NCBI GenBank assembly: GCA_036867785.1
Contig: CP145424.1
Location: 744,001 to 808,000, forward strand
Length of the DNA stretch: 64,000 nucleotides
Direction of reading: 5' to 3'
Source: Plasmodiophora brassicae
Lineage: Eukaryota
The notes under the pieces were generated by a model. It had not been told where the DNA came from and searched no databases. It saw only the letters and a program-made list of their open reading frames with translations. A program made the translations under genes and the position numbers. How positions within the stretch are numbered: position 1 is the first letter of the stretch; each line of letters begins with the position of its first letter. Shown here piece after piece: positions 60,190 through 64,000 of the stretch.

Positions 60190-60412
60190 CTTCTTATAAT
60201 ACAAATCATCCAAATGACGTATTTCATTACGTCGTCGAATTTCTACAACTTCTGGAAGTATTTCCAAGTCGAGCGGCCTGAAATTCGGGCTACCCCCGGG
60301 TCGACTCGAGTCGGTCTCGTGGGCGTCGGGGCTCGGACTCGGGTCAGACAGACGCAACTGGACAGGTCCCTGATTCGTCCCGACTCGGGTCGACCCGTAA
60401 TTAACATTACTA
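60190..60412. mobile_element. Probable hAT terminal fragment
   Basis: FWKYFQVERPEI resembles the start of a hAT dimerisation domain; repeated GACTCGGGTC motifs; the end reads TAGTAATGTTAATT on the minus strand; no partner TIR found. Confidence 0.45.
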
Positions 60413-60573
60413 CCTGTCGTCGCCTCCAGCCATTCGTTACAGATATTCAGACGAGCCCCGCCTCATCAACACACGTTCGTGGGAATTGGGAATCTGCGTG
60501 TGTGCGCGTGTGACTGGGAGGACGTCGGGGCCGATCGCTCATCATTGTCGATTGGGCTGGGACAGTGGTGAAG

Positions 60574-61102
60574 ATGGTGTTCCCGGGTGCCTCTGTGATG
60601 GTCATGGTGATCGCAGGCGCCGCGCTGATGACGGTCGCCGGGGCGCTGCCGGTGGGCGGCCTGGGCCCGGTGATCTCGCTGACGCAGCCGGATTGCGTGT
60701 CGGGCACGTTCGGGTCGCCCGACTGCCACGCCGACGTCACCAACGTCGGTTGACGCATTTGGAAACGCGTCGCGTCTGCTCATCCCGTCGGCAGATGGTT
60801 ACGAGTGCGAGGCCACAGGTTGAGGGCGCTGTCGGCAAGGAATTCTATACGTTCGTGCCCGTCGCGTATCGCGCACAGGTCGTCAGTGGCATGCTGTACT
60901 ATGTGAAGAGTACGAATCGACACGGGGCCATCATCATCGTCATGTGCTGATTATCGTCGATTCAGTTTTCGTTGGGGACGACCAGTACATTGTCGCCAAG
61001 CTCTGGCAGCAGCCCGGCCACGCTTCGAGCACCATCACAGGCGTACAGGAGGGCCTAACTGAGGCCGATGGTATTTCGTCCTTTGAGAGCAGCAACAAAT
61101 AA
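60574..61102 (+). CDS. Secreted cystatin (papain-family cysteine protease inhibitor), 3 exons
   Basis: Signal peptide, N-terminal GG, QVVSG motif, YYVKIFVGDDQYIVAKLWQ; introns 60745-60794 and 60910-60965. Confidence 0.85.
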
Positions 61103-61859
61103 ACGGCTCGCGTTTTCGTAAGTGGTTCTTGCTCCAATGGCCCTGTCCTGCCTATGTGCACCGATTGGGAATCTTCGGCTGATGGTACTTTATGGATAGC
61201 CCAGGAGGAGTTTGTCATTAACAGGTGCTGTGAATAATTGAGGCTTTTGTGCAGGTACTGGATAGTGAAATGCAATGGCACAATTAGAGATTCCAATACT
61301 ATTAGATACTGACTAGCGATTGGAGCTCGCTTTGCTTCGCGTAGGAATGAGATGCGCCGTGGAAACCGTTGATCGGGGCCGTTCGGACAGAACATGACCG
61401 CGGCTCGAAGCAGGGCGACGTTTCCCCGTCGACGAAGGCGACCACAATCAGCGGCGGTTCGTGCACGTTTGCTGGCCATGCCACGTGCATGTGATCAGGA
61501 TCAAATTAGCCCGATTCCTCGTCTTCTGCCCGTGGAGTGACGTTGTCGTAGCAGCTTTCATGGTCGTGCGTCTCCAGGTCAGGCAACGCGTTGACGAATC
61601 GCTCTCGCTCGACATCGTCAATATCAGGGAGATCCGCCTGCGCTGTTCATGAATGGCGTGGTAGTCGTCGACACTCGATGTTTGCCAGGCGGCGCTAGCT
61701 CAACGAAGCGATAGGGATCCTCGCGCGGCCTTGCCTGCCGACTGGCGCAATGTCGGATTTGTCGGTCCGTGCCGTCGCCATCCACGGCGCCCCGCTTAGG
61801 TCGCGTCAGGCGCGCCAACTGATGCACTGGCGTCCCATTGCGATCCCGTATGGACTTAG

Positions 61860-64000
61860 TTATGACTAAAATCGATATCTTTGCATCGAATGCCCTCCGA
61901 AGCTTGGGATTACCGAAACATGTTCTTTGGACCCAGCATCATATTGGCGATACCTCGGGAAGGAGAGCCCCCAAATGTCGCAACTGGCTATTTCATCTTG
62001 TCCATTGCTTGTCAGTCGGCAGCGTGCGAACGCATTTCCAAAACATTCCCCCTCTTTACAAAGAGTGGAACCGCATGCACAACGAAACCGTCCAGCAGCT
62101 TACCCTTGTGATCGGGCGATATCATGCGGATTCGCATGCATAAGGCTCCATCTGTTTTGAAAATGCACTCGCACGCTGCCGACTGACAAGCAATGGACAA
62201 GATGAAGTAGCCAGCCGCGACATTTGGGGGCTCTCCTGCCCAAGGTATCGCCAATATGACGCTGCGTCCAAAGAACACAGTTTTTCGGTAATCCCAAGCA
62301 CATCGATTTTAAGCTCCCAAGCACATCGATTTTAAGCTGTTCGCCGTCAGCATCGTAAGCAATGAATTTGCGGAAATAGAAGCAAGCGGAGTCAGCCAAG
62401 ATCCGAGCGGACAAGAGGTTCCGATCCCTGTAACGAGATCCTGAACGCATTTTGCAACGCGAAATCAGATCCCGAGCCGTCATCGACGTCGACGGATAAA
62501 ACAGGAATGCTATGATGAAGAGCGGTTGTTCTTCTCCATCCCAGCGTTTCTCAATTTCCGAAAGCATGCGCGAGCCGTGCTTCAGCGCTTTGAAGAGATA
62601 ACCGAAGCACAGGAAGACATGCGCCAAGGTATTGTCATCCCTTTGCATTAGGAAAGACGCCGACGCAAGAGGACAGATAGACGTTCAGCTTCTTCGAGCA
62701 ACAGCCAAAATGTGCGCTAACCCCAACACTGAAACGCATCGGGAATCATCATCACCACCATATTGCACATGGAATTCTTTGAGCGCGTTCACCATACGAA
62801 GTTGGGACGCACGTGCACATGCGTCCCAACTTCGTATGGTGAATGCGCTCAAAGAATTCCATTGTTCCACCTGGTCGCAACGACGGTCATTATGGCCAGA
62901 GATGAACCATAAAGTTGTACCAGTGCAGAAACTCGGGGTCCTCATAGGAGTTGCTCAACGATGCTGCAGCAGCAGTTGCAAGCCTAGCAACATCGGAAAA
63001 GAGGGGGTGCCCTAACAGCGACCTCCAGTCTAGCAATATGCAGTCTGTTAATTTATCATTCTAGCCTCGACCACAGCTCACGGAGTCCGGAAGTCCGGGC
63101 CAGGCCTGCTCTATTGCATGCATGTGCCCTAATATTGAATCATAATGGGAAGGCTAGCGACAGTGGCCGACCCGCGAGTCACGACCACGTGACGCAACTG
63201 AAGCGCACAGTGGCGACCGCGCCACTCTGAGGGCGACGTCATTGGGACATCGGCTCTCCCCACGTTATACACACTGGGGACAACACTTTCCTAAAGGCTT
63301 CGAACTGCTTGCACATTATACGAATCAGATTAAGAGTCCCAGTCTCTACGACTGCTACGCTTAATGGCGACGATCCCAACCATCTCGGCGATCACGGCCT
63401 GATCCGCTTGGGCCGGGTCTGCTGGCCAGGATGGTTGGGATCGTCGCCATTACGCGTAGCAGTCGTAGAGACTGGGACTCTTAATCTGATTCGTATAATG
63501 TGCAAGCAGTTCGAAGTCTTTAGGAAAGTGTTGTCCCCAGTGTATCTAGCGTGGGGACAACACTTTCCTAAACGCTTCGAACTGCTTGCACATTATACGA
63601 ATCAAATATGCCACAGGTGTGCAGCTGCCGATCAAGTGTTATGACAAACAGAAATACCATGGCATGAAATCAATACCGTTACACGACACGTGCGAGAAAC
63701 CGACTTGGCAGAATCGACCATGAGGCTTAAGCGCCGCCGTTCCTCGCAGGCACGAGCAATTGATAATTGCGCTTGGGCTTCGGCCATTTATGAGCCTTGC
63801 GGCAAGATAGCATTGCGGATAGTGTCGCGGGAAGGGAGAATAACATTGGATCTCAGGTACGAAAGGAGCTCTTTGACCTCTGAGACTTCGAAAAACGCGA
63901 AAGGAAGGCAGGCAACGATTACGTTAGTGATGAGGAGATACAGTTTGTTGAGGGCCTCTCCAGCCAAAGGAGGCGGGAGATACTGTACAATTGACGATCG
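61860..64000 (-). mobile_element. Fragmented hAT transposase relic(s) with internal fold-backs; runs off the window end
   Basis: EVKELL..LPSRDTIRNAIL; LQRDDNTLAHV..IEKRW..EQPLFIIAFLFYP; YWRYLG..P..SQLA / ILSIACQSAACE. Inverted arms 61902-62045 / 62153-62299, palindrome 62769-62862, hairpin 63271-63543. Confidence 0.82.

Noticed and set aside
60940-61479. 179-aa minus-strand ORF overlapping the cystatin 3' end
   Set aside because: No motif, mixed composition, overlaps a better-supported gene; cannot be supported.
63309-63644. 111-aa ORF across the hairpin
   Set aside because: By-product of the inverted duplication of transposon sequence.

Overview
Compact, GC-rich eukaryotic DNA with closely packed genes and short GT-AG introns of about 50-70 nt. 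Gene style, a flagellar gene and the secretome suggest a plasmodiophorid protist such as Plasmodiophora brassicae (inference; no search was run). About 35 genes can be read. Housekeeping genes include SERBP1/Stm1-like, CLASP, WNK kinase, MFSD12, EPC, CNOT10, a ZIP transporter, ZNF622/Rei1, WDR1/AIP1, ISCU, CFAP52, MAEA, mitochondrial AspRS, CABLES, XPD, LSM10 and CHTOP. Candidate secreted proteins are interspersed among them. Highlights: (1) two intronless genes share a signal peptide plus MYND zinc-finger N-terminal module fused to unrelated C-terminal cargoes, one of them SAM-methyltransferase-like, suggesting a modular effector family; (2) a secreted cystatin sits between DNA-transposon relics; (3) a 653-bp hAT-type element with 12-bp TIRs and an 8-bp TSD lies between divergent LSM10 and CHTOP; (4) a plant/oomycete-type DD39D mariner relic carries a Stowaway-like end; (5) most TE-like patches are arranged as fold-back inverted repeats or palindromes (30.1-30.8, 45.5-45.7, 54.3-54.8, 61.9-62.3, 62.8 and 63.3-63.6 kb). 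Spliced gene coordinates are outer start/stop bounds read by eye.
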